Positions 10,228-20,913 of a stretch of DNA of 64,000 nucleotides are shown one piece after another. The first letter of the stretch is position 1. The number at the start of each line of letters is the position of its first letter. Origin of the DNA: an uncultured virus (IMG/VR IMGVR_UViG_3300025871_000494) (Duplodnaviria; Heunggongvirae; Uroviricota; Caudoviricetes); the IMG/VR virus record IMGVR_UViG_3300025871_000494; one strand, given 5' to 3'. Under the pieces are notes generated by a model. It was given only the letters and a program-made list of their open reading frames with translations. It made no database searches and was not told where the DNA came from. The position numbers and the translations under genes were made by a program.

Positions 10228-11133
10228 ATGATATTCCCACTAAAATACAATACAGCCAGTCAAGAAGTTCCATTAGGATTCTTTTTAGACACATCTACTG
10301 GAAACATAGAACAAACAAGTTTAACTATAGCAAATACTGATATAAAGTTGTGGAAATCAGGTGCTACTACTTTAGCAAATAAAAATAGCGGTGGTGCAAC
10401 ACATATTTCAAATGGTATTTATTATTGTGTATTAGATGCAACAGATACTAATACGTATGGGCCATTAGAAATTTTTATACATGTTTCTGGTGCATTAGCA
10501 TTTCATAAGGTATGTACAGTTATAAACTCTGATGCATATGATGCATTAATGAGTGCTTCTTCTGGATCTATTAGATCTACAGTAACTGCAATGAGTGCAG
10601 GAGTAATAACTTCTACTGCAATAGCAGATGAGTTATTTTATACCTCAGATCAAATTTCTCAAGATGTTTGGGAATATACTAATAGAACTTTAACAAGTTC
10701 AGGAACAGCTGCTATTGATTATACCCAAGTAGCAAACGCCGTATGGGATGAATTATTATCTCTTCATACAGTAAGTGGTTCTGCAGGTAAACAACTCTCA
10801 TCTACAGTAACAAGTTCTGGTGCTGTATATGTAAATATTGCAGGAGCAGAAATAGCAGATGCGGTTTGGAATGCAGAAACAGCTACATATAATGTAGCTG
10901 GATCGATGGGTAGAGCTTTAACAAGTACCGGAACTGCAGTTATAGATGCTTCAGATGTATGGAATTATGGAACTAGAACATTAACATCAAGTACTGGAAA
11001 TGCTACTCTTGCTAATCAAGAAATTATTATAAATCATCTTACAGACATTAAAGGTGATGGATGGACAGATGAAGATTTAGTAGCAATTATGACTGCTATA
11101 GAAAACGGAACTTGGGGTGGATTTGGAGTATAA
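10228..11133 (+). CDS. Virion structural protein with repeated (A/D)VW motifs
   Basis: QDVWEYTNRTLT, NAVWDE, DAVWNA, SDVWNYGTRTLT repeats, common in phage structural proteins. Confidence 0.55.
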   Translation: MIFPLKYNTASQEVPLGFFLDTSTGNIEQTSLTIANTDIKLWKSGATTLANKNSGGATHISNGIYYCVLDATDTNTYGPLEIFIHVSGALAFHKVCTVINSDAYDALMSASSGSIRSTVTAMSAGVITSTAIADELFYTSDQISQDVWEYTNRTLTSSGTAAIDYTQVANAVWDELLSLHTVSGSAGKQLSSTVTSSGAVYVNIAGAEIADAVWNAETATYNVAGSMGRALTSTGTAVIDASDVWNYGTRTLTSSTGNATLANQEIIINHLTDIKGDGWTDEDLVAIMTAIENGTWGGFGV

Positions 11134-11136
11134 AAT

Positions 11137-11796
11137 ATGAGTGAAAGATATACAGCAAATGTTTCTGAATCTACTACACTTGAATTTCAGTTTTTACGGG
11201 CTGGAACAGCATATGATGCATACTCTGTTAATAAAGTTACAATTCATTCTTTATATGCTGATGCTGTTTCAAATTCTAATATAGTAGAAACAATTTCATC
11301 TGGGAGTATTACTAGAGTAACTACTGGATTATATCAGTATACTGCATCTATAATTACTACACCAGGAACATATTTTGATAAAATATTTTTAACACCAACA
11401 GATGGTGGAACAGAAATCTCTTTTATTAATACTTTTTATGTTTCAAGTGAATCTGTAAGCACAAATGAGTGTAATGTATATGGCACTATATTAGATTCAA
11501 CAGGTGAAGCATTTGAAGGTGTAAGAATTTATGCAATACCGACTACAGTACCTGCTTTTATATCAACTAGTACAGGATTAGTTGCGATAGGATATGAACC
11601 TAGATCTACAGTAACAGATTCAAATGGATATTTTACTCTAGCATTACTTAGAAATCTTTCTTTTAATATTACTATTAAAGAAATAGGATTAAGAGATACA
11701 ATTACTGTACCCGATGATTCAAGTGTAAATTTATTTTCATTATTAGGAGCAACAGTTCAAGCATCCACAACACCTGCGGATACGAATTGGACTTGA
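11137..11796 (+). CDS. Virion structural protein with prealbumin/carboxypeptidase-regulatory-like domain
   Basis: VYGTILDSTGEAFEGVRI...TVTDSNGYFTLAL pattern. Confidence 0.55.
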   Translation: MSERYTANVSESTTLEFQFLRAGTAYDAYSVNKVTIHSLYADAVSNSNIVETISSGSITRVTTGLYQYTASIITTPGTYFDKIFLTPTDGGTEISFINTFYVSSESVSTNECNVYGTILDSTGEAFEGVRIYAIPTTVPAFISTSTGLVAIGYEPRSTVTDSNGYFTLALLRNLSFNITIKEIGLRDTITVPDDSSVNLFSLLGATVQASTTPADTNWT

Positions 11797-11808
11797 TAGA
11801 TAACATAG

Positions 11809-12282
11809 ATGAAAAACTATAAAATCTTTGTAGATCTTGATGGAGTTCTCGTCGACTTTGACAAGAAATTTGAACAAGAATTAGGAGATAAACCAGAGGT
11901 TTTATTTAAAAAGTATGGTGATGATTTTGTCTGGGATATCTTGGATAAGATAGATAATTTCTGGTTTGATATGGATCCAAAACTAGATGCAGAAGAGTTA
12001 TGGAATTTCGTGTTACCATATAACCCATCGATATTAACTAAACCAGCTAAATCTGTATATAGTTGTAAAAAAGATAAAAGAAAATGGGTAGATAAATATC
12101 TAGGTGAGGATATAAAAGTTCTTTTTGAACAAGATAAAAGTAAGTATGCAACACCTAATAGTATTCTAATAGATGATCAGGAAAAAAATATCTCTAAGTG
12201 GGAAACTGCAGGCGGTATTGGCATATTGCATAAAAATTCACAAGATACTATTAAACAACTAAAAGAGATATTAAATGCTTGA
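11809..12282 (+). CDS. 5'(3')-deoxyribonucleotidase, HAD family (NT5C-like)
   Basis: IFVDLDGVLVDF, K..W, LIDD..KN...W...GG motifs typical of large-phage NT5C. Confidence 0.85.
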   Translation: MKNYKIFVDLDGVLVDFDKKFEQELGDKPEVLFKKYGDDFVWDILDKIDNFWFDMDPKLDAEELWNFVLPYNPSILTKPAKSVYSCKKDKRKWVDKYLGEDIKVLFEQDKSKYATPNSILIDDQEKNISKWETAGGIGILHKNSQDTIKQLKEILNA

Positions 12283-12589
12283 AGAAGTATATGAAATATT
12301 AGATTTAATAGAATCTTCTATTTTAGAAATAGATTCAGAAAAAGAGTCTTCTTCTATATTAGAAGATATTGGATATATGACAGAAAAAAGAAGAAAGGAA
12401 TTAAATCTAAGAAATGATGCTTATGAAGCATTGCAAGAAATAAAAAAATATTTTAATAATCAAAGAACTTTGTCTTCTGAAAAAACAGATCAATTAATGT
12501 CAGTAATAGATAAATTTTTTGTTGAAAATAATCAATCATTGTTTGTGATAAATACTATTTTACCATTTAGATTAGAATATCTTCCTTAA
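12275..12589 (+). CDS. Hypothetical protein
   Basis: 104-aa ORF overlapping upstream stop. Confidence 0.45.
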   Translation: MLEEVYEILDLIESSILEIDSEKESSSILEDIGYMTEKRRKELNLRNDAYEALQEIKKYFNNQRTLSSEKTDQLMSVIDKFFVENNQSLFVINTILPFRLEYLP

Positions 12590-12614
12590 GGAGAAATATA
12601 TATAAATACAAAAT

Positions 12615-14039
12615 ATGAAACCAAATTTAGAAAAAAGAAATCCTTCTTTAGAAGATATAAAAGAATTTTTTAATAAATATGATTTGATATTATTATCGGA
12701 TTCAATAAAAGATTGGAATTCAACTTTAAAGTACATCTGCAAGTGTGGAAAGGAATTTGAATCTACTTGGTATACTTTACAAAAGAGAATTTATCCTTAT
12801 TGCTATGAATGCACAAAAATAATACAAAATAGACCGAAAACAAAAAGTTTTGAAGAAATACAAGAATTTTTTACAAAACACAATGCCGTTATACTATCTA
12901 GTAAACAAGATTATTCTACAATGAGAACAAAACTTAAAGTTAAATGCACAATATGTGCTGATATTTTTACAACCACAGCAGAACGTGCTATGCGTATTAT
13001 AACTTATAATAATTTTAATATTATTTGTGATAGTTGCAGAAATACGGAAAAATTAAAAAAAATAAAAGAAGAAGAATTTTTAAAAGCAAAAGAATTATTT
13101 AAAGAACATGGATTTGAATTACTAGAAACAAGCTATAATATAAAATCCAAAAAAATGAAATGTAAATGTAAAAATGGACATATTATCTATAAAGGATTAG
13201 ATCAAATAAGCTATAGTTGTTCAATTTGTTCTCATAGTAAAACAGCAAAACAAAATTCTATAAGACATTTATTAAACTATCAGGAAGTAAAAGAATTTTT
13301 TGAGAAACGTAATTGCATATTGTTAACTGAGTATATCGAACAGCTAACTATACGTACACCCTTAGAATATATATGTAGTTGTGGAAGACATAATTATACT
13401 TCTTTCGAAGTTTTTAGATATAAACCAGTAGTCGATAACAGGGTAACCTGTAAATCGTGCGGTTATTTAAATAGAGAAATACGAGAAAAAGAATTATATA
13501 CTATTCAATGTAAAGAATACTTAAATAATATAGGTTATATATTACTAGATACAAATATAAAAGAATTATCTTCTACTGATACACTACAATTAATTTGTCC
13601 AGAAGGACACCATACTTCTTTATCTATAGCTTCTTTAAAAAATGGAAGAAAATGCAGAATATGTACTAAAATAGAACTTAGGAAGAAAAAATGTGGTGTA
13701 AATCATCCAAGATATAACCCAAACTTATCTTTACAAGATAGATTACTCAATAGAAGATATATTGAGTATGAAGATTGGAGAAAAGCAGTTTATTCTAGAG
13801 ATTTATACACTTGTCAAGTTTGTGGAAAAACAAATTGTAAATTACATGCACACCACAAAAATGGATTTGCAGAACATAAAGAATTACGAACAATTTTAGA
13901 AAATGGAATAACTCTTTGTGAAACATGCCACAGAGAATTTCATTCTTTATATAGTGTTTTAAATAATACAGAAGAACAGTTTAATGAATTTTATTTTAAT
14001 AAAGTTTACAAGGAGGTGGATTGTGAGGTGGCCAATTAG
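12615..14039 (+). CDS. HNH homing endonuclease with tandem Zn-ribbon repeats
   Basis: Repeated CxCG/CxxGH...CxxC units; C-terminal WRKAVYSRDLYTCQVCG...LHAHH...NGITLCETCHREFH. Confidence 0.85.
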   Translation: MKPNLEKRNPSLEDIKEFFNKYDLILLSDSIKDWNSTLKYICKCGKEFESTWYTLQKRIYPYCYECTKIIQNRPKTKSFEEIQEFFTKHNAVILSSKQDYSTMRTKLKVKCTICADIFTTTAERAMRIITYNNFNIICDSCRNTEKLKKIKEEEFLKAKELFKEHGFELLETSYNIKSKKMKCKCKNGHIIYKGLDQISYSCSICSHSKTAKQNSIRHLLNYQEVKEFFEKRNCILLTEYIEQLTIRTPLEYICSCGRHNYTSFEVFRYKPVVDNRVTCKSCGYLNREIREKELYTIQCKEYLNNIGYILLDTNIKELSSTDTLQLICPEGHHTSLSIASLKNGRKCRICTKIELRKKKCGVNHPRYNPNLSLQDRLLNRRYIEYEDWRKAVYSRDLYTCQVCGKTNCKLHAHHKNGFAEHKELRTILENGITLCETCHREFHSLYSVLNNTEEQFNEFYFNKVYKEVDCEVAN

Positions 14040-15036
14040 ATCTAGAACAGATGTACGCGCGGTTATTGATCGTCATCTCATATACGATTTTACTATCTCA
14101 CAACTTCGTGTAAAAATGCGTGGTTGTGGAACTCCTTGTACTCTTTATAAAAATGTAGCAAATACTTTATATGGAACTGCACCATCTGGTGAAACTAAAT
14201 GTTATTGTTGGGATGAAGAAAAAGCTCAACCAGATAGATCTCATTTCTTATGTTTAGGTACCGGCTATCTTGGCGGATACCAAAAATATGGATATGAAGA
14301 ATTTGTTGTATCCACTCCATCTACTGTTACAAAAGATGATTTTATTACAATAGCTGGTGATTCTGGAAGTCTATTTACTATATCTTCAAATACTAATCGA
14401 GAAGGTATAATTACTACTGAAAGATTTACATTAACTAGATGTGAAGCTTTTGATAGATTTCTAATTAACGATAGAACAGATCCAACTTTAAATAGAATAA
14501 CTTATTATTATTCTACAGACGATATTAATTGGAATGAAATTTCAACATCTACTTATTCTACTAATAACTTAGCAAATAAACAAGGTACTTTTACTTTAAC
14601 TAAAGGTACACAATATATTAGATTTAGAATTGTTATGTTAAAAAGAACGGTAACAAGTCCTTCACCTGAATTTAATTCTATCAGATTTAGATATAGAAAT
14701 CAAAAGAATTTAATAGATATAGATCCAACTTATTCAGCAATTGATTATCCTGCTTTCTTGGCTGCAAGAGATCAAGAAAGAACAGAAATTACAGAAGGTC
14801 CATATGGTTGGGCTACTGTCCGTCCTTTAAGATGGTGGGTTCTTCCAGAAGTAGTAATTGAAAATTTTGATATTATTCAATTTCTACAAGGAACATTTGA
14901 AAATCAATTTTATGAAGTACAACAATCTACTTTTCATATGCATGGACCACAATTAAAAATGATCCATACAGATTTTATCACTGCTTATTTGAGAGATAAG
15001 CAGGATGTTGTTAAAATAATACAGTATTTGTCTTAA
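14023..15036 (+). CDS. Putative neck/head-completion protein
   Basis: AGGAGG at 14011 then GTG 14023 (track start 13984 is probably too early); CYCW...PD..H.LC.GTG..GGY motif like large-myovirus neck proteins; lies upstream of the tail module. Confidence 0.5.
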   Translation: MRWPIRSRTDVRAVIDRHLIYDFTISQLRVKMRGCGTPCTLYKNVANTLYGTAPSGETKCYCWDEEKAQPDRSHFLCLGTGYLGGYQKYGYEEFVVSTPSTVTKDDFITIAGDSGSLFTISSNTNREGIITTERFTLTRCEAFDRFLINDRTDPTLNRITYYYSTDDINWNEISTSTYSTNNLANKQGTFTLTKGTQYIRFRIVMLKRTVTSPSPEFNSIRFRYRNQKNLIDIDPTYSAIDYPAFLAARDQERTEITEGPYGWATVRPLRWWVLPEVVIENFDIIQFLQGTFENQFYEVQQSTFHMHGPQLKMIHTDFITAYLRDKQDVVKIIQYLS

Positions 15037-15084
15037 ATAAGTAAATTTATTCTTTATTTTTCTTAAAAGTATAGGAGCACTAAA

Positions 15085-15378
15085 ATGAGTAAAGAACGAG
15101 ATAATAGCATTTTTTCATCTTTATATGGTGATTCTTTTCTTGAAACTGAAAAGAGAAAAGAAATACAAAGGAGACTTGCGTCCTCCAGATTAGTTAAATT
15201 AACACCTGATGTAAAAAAAGAAGTGGAAAAAATAGGACAAAATACTTACAGAACCAAAACAGGTTCTGTAGAATGGTCTATTATTTTAGTAGATGGACAA
15301 CCACATCTAGCTAGAAGAGAAGTAGATGAAGAAGGAAGAGAAGAAAAGATAGCTAATCCCGATGCACCCATAAAGTAA
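15085..15378 (+). CDS. Hypothetical protein
   Basis: AGGAG RBS, 97 aa. Confidence 0.5.
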   Translation: MSKERDNSIFSSLYGDSFLETEKRKEIQRRLASSRLVKLTPDVKKEVEKIGQNTYRTKTGSVEWSIILVDGQPHLARREVDEEGREEKIANPDAPIK

Positions 15379-15383
15379 AGAAT

Positions 15384-15623
15384 ATGCGAGAAATACTAAT
15401 AGAATCTATTATAATAAATCCTTCTGTTGTAAAAGTAGTACCTACACATTGCCCAGGTAGCGATAGAGAAGATATTTTAAAAGATCAAGATGGTATTCCT
15501 TCTTGTGTAGTAAATACTTCTATTTGTAAATATCTAAATATGGTATATTTTAATATAGATGAACACAAAGAAACTTTATTGTGCGAATTACCAGAAGAAG
15601 AAACTACTACTGAAGAATCATAA
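15384..15623 (+). CDS. Hypothetical Cys-containing protein
   Basis: 79-aa ORF with four Cys, tightly packed. Confidence 0.4.
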   Translation: MREILIESIIINPSVVKVVPTHCPGSDREDILKDQDGIPSCVVNTSICKYLNMVYFNIDEHKETLLCELPEEETTTEES

Positions 15624-15626
15624 CGA

Positions 15627-16505
15627 ATGAGTATAGAATCTAATCAACACCCAGAATCGTTTAGCGGAGATTTAACACAATTTAGCTTTCATAAAATAGA
15701 AAGACAAACTAAAAGTGTGTTAAAAGATATTCTTAATCAATTCTTTTCTAGTTCAGTTACTAGTTATAAGATAGCTGTTCCTGAAATTATTATTTTACAA
15801 AATACAGATTCTGAAACAAAGCTAAATATAGAAAGAGATTTTCCTTTTTATGAAAGGAAGATGCCATTAATTGCTATTTCATCTAGAAATAAAAGAGAAA
15901 GAAAACCTTTTTTAGGTGCAGATGATTTTATATATCAAGATGCATTAGAAAGTACAGATGGTAGTATACAATCTTTTTATAATATGTATGCTAATATGTA
16001 TGATGTTCCAGTAGATTTGATAATTGCTGCTATGTCACCTGATATAAGATCTCAAATTAGTGAGTTAGTAGCATTATGTTTTTCTCATTATTACCGCTGG
16101 CCTTATTTATATAAAGGCGATAGCGAAGAAATGTTTAATATTATACCTACTACTACACCAGTAGAAATAACAGGAGAAAATGAAGTAACTGATATTAGTA
16201 CACAGACTCTTATATATACGTGTACAGTAAGATTAAATTCTTTTGTAGAATATATATTTCCTGATATAGGAGATAATTGGAATATATTAGTTACAGAAGG
16301 ATTTAATTATATGGATAGAAGAACTTCTACAGGTAATGAAACCTTATATGTTCCTATCTATGTCTATGGAAGCATGGGAGAAATAACCAGTACTGGATAT
16401 TATACAAGTACGGGGTATAATGGAAATGATATAAGATGGTGGGCAGATTATTATACAGTTGAAGAAGAAGAGGATGTAAGAAATCCTTTAGAATCTTATG
16501 ATTAA
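15627..16505 (+). CDS. Putative tail terminator/tail completion protein
   Basis: Directly upstream of sheath; IERDFP....P.IAIS and V.L.I.A.S...R..I.E pattern. Confidence 0.5.
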   Translation: MSIESNQHPESFSGDLTQFSFHKIERQTKSVLKDILNQFFSSSVTSYKIAVPEIIILQNTDSETKLNIERDFPFYERKMPLIAISSRNKRERKPFLGADDFIYQDALESTDGSIQSFYNMYANMYDVPVDLIIAAMSPDIRSQISELVALCFSHYYRWPYLYKGDSEEMFNIIPTTTPVEITGENEVTDISTQTLIYTCTVRLNSFVEYIFPDIGDNWNILVTEGFNYMDRRTSTGNETLYVPIYVYGSMGEITSTGYYTSTGYNGNDIRWWADYYTVEEEEDVRNPLESYD

Positions 16506-16545
16506 TCTGTAAAACATATAATTTAGGTAATTTTAAATAAAGAAC

Positions 16546-16574
16546 CTTAAAACTAAAAAGACAAACTTAATATT
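16546..16574 (+). promoter_or_regulatory. Candidate late-promoter motif CTTAAA-N16..19-TATTT upstream of sheath (one of about 9 similar sites)
   Basis: A similar bipartite pattern occurs in most intergenic gaps (see findings). Confidence 0.35.
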
Positions 16575-16606
16575 TCAAGTAATCATAATTTGAAGGAGCA
16601 TCTCCG

Positions 16607-18922
16607 ATGGCAGATTCAGGATATACACTTCCGGGTGTAACTATAACAGAAATAACACAAACAGCCACTCCAAATGCGTCAAGCTCACAAAGAAAGCCTT
16701 GCTTTATTGGTGCAGCTAGCCCATATAAACGAGAAAAAAATGAGGCTATTACTAGAACATCTAGTGGTCTTGTTGATCAGTTAACATATTATACTACAGG
16801 TATTTATGAAATTGAATCAGCAGGTACACAAATAGGATTAAATGACCTAGTAGAAGATACGGATTTTACAGTAGATACTACTACTGGTGAAATTACTTGG
16901 ATTATTAATACAGAAACCAAAACAATTTCAGGCGGAACCTATGGTGCTGATCTACTAACCTCATTAACACATTTTAGTGCAGTAGGTACTCCTGTTGCTG
17001 GCGTAGATGCAACTGGTGGTTATCAAGAAGTTGGTTTAGATGTAGTTCATACTTCTATCTGTGGTTTGGTAGGAGATACCTATTATTTTACAGTAAACGG
17101 AACAGAATATTACTTTAGTCTAACAAGTACAGGCGCATCTACTATGGATTACGACGATGTAGTAGACAGCATGAATGCTGCTCTTGTAGGTGCAGGTGTA
17201 ACAGCAAGTTTTGTTACTAACGATATTCGTGTAACACATGATACTGCAGGTGCTGGAAATAATATTGCATTAGCTGCCGGATCCAGCGGAACGGACCTAT
17301 TCTCTTCCTTAACAGGTTGGGATTCTTTTGATACAGCAGTTCCTGGTGCAGATGCTACAAGCGGTTATGGTGGATTTGGAATGACTATTACTGCTGGTGG
17401 TGGACAAGCCTCAGGTCTTTCTGCTGCTTCTAGATATTATTTTACTTTAAATGGCACTGAATATACAATATTAACAGCAAGTACATTAACATATGCTGCT
17501 ATAGCTGCATTAATAAATACAGCAATTACAGCAGATGGTTTTACATGCTCTGCTGCGACTACAGATATTGTAATTACTAATACAGATACTGGATCAGATT
17601 CTACTGTTACTATAGAAAGCGGTACTGCTAAAGCTGCTTCTAATGGACAAATGGAGTTTACACTTTCTAGCCAACTTATTATAGCTAGAACAGCAGGATA
17701 CGCAGAAATAACAGCTACTGTAGGTGCAAATACTTATACTTTCGGTATATCTGATGATATAACTCCTACTGATACTACTATTAATCTTTCTGGAACAGAA
17801 GCAGAATTAAACGCACTATTAGTAGGAACTGTTCTTACCATTACTACTACTCCTAAAGTAGCAGATAGTGGAACATACTATGTAACATATACATACAATA
17901 GACCAACTACAGATTATAAATATAAAGAATTTAGTTCTTATCAAGATGTATTGGATGATCTAGGTGATTGTATACCTGCTAATCCTTTAGTAATGCTTTG
18001 TGATTTAGCACTTAATTGGTATGGTGTACCTACTATTGCAGTTATTCAAGTTCCACCTTCAGATCAAAATAGTGATTATGTAGCTGCTTTACAGAAATGT
18101 AAGCATAGAGACGTACAAACACTTGGTGTTTTAAATACCAGTGGTACGGTTAGGAATGCTGTTATAGCACATGTTAACGATAGAAATTTACCACAAAACG
18201 GTAGATATAGAATGTATTATACAGGAGCAGCAGCACTAACAGATTTAGGTGATACAGATGAAGCTAATTCAGTTTGTGGTATAGCTTATAGTATACGAAA
18301 TGAATCTGTAGTTTATATTAATGCTACAAGAGCTACTTATTATTATAAAGATCCTACTACTAAATTAGATACAGCTACAACAGTAAATGGAGCTTTTATA
18401 GCAGCAGCAATTGGCGCATATAGAGATTCATTCTCTTATGCAGCACAAACAATTTTAAGACATACTATTCCGGGTCTAGAGTTATTTGAAGAAGATTTTG
18501 ATGATTATTATACAGATGATATGCTTAAATTAGCAGGTGGCGCAAGTGCTCTAGTATGCGGATTAGGTTCAGATAGTTCTTTAATTATTAAGGATGATTT
18601 AACTACTGATAATACTAGTGTTGAGAAAAATAATATTAATATTATTACTGCTAAGCATTATATTGCTAAAGATGTTGCTATTCAACTCGATAGAACATTT
18701 ATTGGTAGATTAATTACAAATAGACCTGTATATAAACAAACAGTAGAAAAATTCTTAAACGACGTATTTAAGGATTATCTATCCAAGTTAATTATAGAAG
18801 AAATAGATCAGATATCTGTTACGTTACCAACTACAAGACGTGACACAGTAAACTTCAGATATTCATATTACTCAGTATATACCAATAAATACATGGAAGG
18901 AGAATACAGTATATCAGTGTAA
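16607..18922 (+). CDS. Contractile tail sheath protein
   Basis: N-terminal YTLPGVTITE; C-terminal IKDDLTTD...INII...YI...L...FIG sheath motifs; AAGGAG RBS. Confidence 0.85.
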   Translation: MADSGYTLPGVTITEITQTATPNASSSQRKPCFIGAASPYKREKNEAITRTSSGLVDQLTYYTTGIYEIESAGTQIGLNDLVEDTDFTVDTTTGEITWIINTETKTISGGTYGADLLTSLTHFSAVGTPVAGVDATGGYQEVGLDVVHTSICGLVGDTYYFTVNGTEYYFSLTSTGASTMDYDDVVDSMNAALVGAGVTASFVTNDIRVTHDTAGAGNNIALAAGSSGTDLFSSLTGWDSFDTAVPGADATSGYGGFGMTITAGGGQASGLSAASRYYFTLNGTEYTILTASTLTYAAIAALINTAITADGFTCSAATTDIVITNTDTGSDSTVTIESGTAKAASNGQMEFTLSSQLIIARTAGYAEITATVGANTYTFGISDDITPTDTTINLSGTEAELNALLVGTVLTITTTPKVADSGTYYVTYTYNRPTTDYKYKEFSSYQDVLDDLGDCIPANPLVMLCDLALNWYGVPTIAVIQVPPSDQNSDYVAALQKCKHRDVQTLGVLNTSGTVRNAVIAHVNDRNLPQNGRYRMYYTGAAALTDLGDTDEANSVCGIAYSIRNESVVYINATRATYYYKDPTTKLDTATTVNGAFIAAAIGAYRDSFSYAAQTILRHTIPGLELFEEDFDDYYTDDMLKLAGGASALVCGLGSDSSLIIKDDLTTDNTSVEKNNINIITAKHYIAKDVAIQLDRTFIGRLITNRPVYKQTVEKFLNDVFKDYLSKLIIEEIDQISVTLPTTRRDTVNFRYSYYSVYTNKYMEGEYSISV

Positions 18923-18950
18923 TTTACCTTTTTCCTGAGCTAGAAAAGTC

Positions 18951-18982
18951 AAACCCTGAAATTCATTATTTCAGGGTTTTTT
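18951..18982 (+). terminator. Rho-independent terminator after sheath
   Basis: AAACCCTGAAAT-tcatt-ATTTCAGGGTTT followed by T run. Confidence 0.8.
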
Positions 18983-19086
18983 ATTGAATTACCAGAAAAA
19001 TAATAGAAAAATAATCTAAGATACTATTATTATATTTTATACTTATTACAGGATTTAAGTTTATTTAATAATTAAGGAAAATATAT

Positions 19087-20913
19087 ATGATAGAAAAAAA
19101 ATGTAAACACTGTGGAACTACTAAAGATCTTAGAACAAATAAAAATGGTGTTATCTATAATTGCTGTATTACTTGTTATAAAACAATAGAAGTTCCTGAT
19201 CAAATTTATAAAACTAATGAAGCACTGCAAAAGAAATACGGTTCTTCTAGTTTTGGTATGCTAAGATCTGATCGTTGTAAACAAATGCCTAAAAAAGAAC
19301 CAACAATTACCAAAAAAACTTGTAAATATTGTGGATCAGAAAATATTGTTAAGAAAGGAAAATATACTTATAGATCATGCGAATTACATTGGAAGCAATT
19401 TCAAAAAGATGCAGATATCAAAAGAAAAAAAACTAATTTAGAAGTAAATGGTAATTCTAATTTAATGAAATTACCTGAAAAAATAGAAAAATTTAAAAAC
19501 ACTATGTTGAAAAAATATGGTTGTGAGTATCCTATGCAGAATCCTGAATCTCTTGAAAAAAGAGGAAAGAATAACATACCAAAATTTGGCAGCAAAGGAC
19601 CAATGAGTAGTCCTGAAGTACAAGAAAAAAGTAGAAATACAGTTCTAAAAGAATATGGTGTAACAAGCGTGTTAAAATCGCCACTGATACAAGAAAAAAT
19701 AAAAAATACGCTACTCGAAAGTTTAGGTGTAGATAATCCGTTGAAATCCTCTATTATACGAGATAAACTTAAACAAACTAATCTTTTAAAAAGAGGCGTT
19801 GAGTGGCCAACACAATCTGCAGAAGTAATAGATAAAAGAAGAACAAACGATAGGTTTAAATATTGGGATACTTTTATAGAAATATTAAAACTAAAAAAAT
19901 TAGAACCTTTATTTACACAAGAAGAATACAGTACTGGAAGAGATTTATTTGCATTTAAGTGTTTAAAATGTGAAAAGATCTTTACTACAGATAGATTTTA
20001 TGCACAAGGTATTGGATGTTCCTGTTCTGCCTACAGATCTAGATATGAAGAAGAAATAGTAGATTGGTTAAAATCTATAAATATTATAAATATAGAAACA
20101 AATAAAAAATATGGAAGAAAAGGAAAATCTTCTTCATACGAACTTGATATATATCTTCCAGATTTTAATTTAGGAATAGATTTTCACGGTCTTTTCTGGC
20201 ATTCTGATCAAGTACAAACTAGAAAATATCACCAGGATAAATATGTTTTTTTTAAAAATATTGGTATTTATTATATACAAATTTTTGAAAACGAATGGTT
20301 AAGTAAATGTAATATTGTTAAATCCATTATTTTATCTAAATTACATAAAACTACAGCTATATACGCTAGAAAATGCAATATTAAAGAAATTTCTTCTATA
20401 CAATACCGAGAATTTTTAGAAGCAAATCATTTGCAAGGTTATGTATCAGCAAATATACGATTAGGGTTATTTTATGAAGATAAACTTGTTAGTATTTGTT
20501 CTTTCTCTAAATCTAGATATGATAAAAGTACAAATTGTTATGAATTAATACGATCTTGTACATTATTAAATTACTCTATTATAGGTGGTTTTCAAAAATT
20601 GTTAAAATATTTTGAAGATACTGTTAAACCAGAAAAATTAATTAGTTACATCAATGTAAGATACTTTGACGGTTCTAGTTATTTATCGTCTAACTTTAAT
20701 ATTGATATACTAACAGCACCTAATTATTTCTATTTTCATTTAAATAATATGTATATTCTCTATTCTAGAGAAAAATTTCAAAAACACAAACTGGAAAAAA
20801 TATTAACTACTTATGATAAAAATTTATCTGAAAGTGAAAATATGTTTAAAAACAAATATCTAAGAATTTACGATGCTGGAAATCTTAAAGCTATTAAAGA
20901 ATATACTTATTAA
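19087..20913 (+). CDS. Hef-like homing endonuclease (KYG repeats + PD-(D/E)xK-type domain + C-terminal domain)
   Basis: KYGCEYPMQN/EYGVTSV/LGVDNPLK repeats; YELDIYLPDFNLGIDFHGLFWHS; IYARKC.IKEI...FLEANHLQG; RIYDAGN. Confidence 0.75.
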   Translation: MIEKKCKHCGTTKDLRTNKNGVIYNCCITCYKTIEVPDQIYKTNEALQKKYGSSSFGMLRSDRCKQMPKKEPTITKKTCKYCGSENIVKKGKYTYRSCELHWKQFQKDADIKRKKTNLEVNGNSNLMKLPEKIEKFKNTMLKKYGCEYPMQNPESLEKRGKNNIPKFGSKGPMSSPEVQEKSRNTVLKEYGVTSVLKSPLIQEKIKNTLLESLGVDNPLKSSIIRDKLKQTNLLKRGVEWPTQSAEVIDKRRTNDRFKYWDTFIEILKLKKLEPLFTQEEYSTGRDLFAFKCLKCEKIFTTDRFYAQGIGCSCSAYRSRYEEEIVDWLKSINIINIETNKKYGRKGKSSSYELDIYLPDFNLGIDFHGLFWHSDQVQTRKYHQDKYVFFKNIGIYYIQIFENEWLSKCNIVKSIILSKLHKTTAIYARKCNIKEISSIQYREFLEANHLQGYVSANIRLGLFYEDKLVSICSFSKSRYDKSTNCYELIRSCTLLNYSIIGGFQKLLKYFEDTVKPEKLISYINVRYFDGSSYLSSNFNIDILTAPNYFYFHLNNMYILYSREKFQKHKLEKILTTYDKNLSESENMFKNKYLRIYDAGNLKAIKEYTY

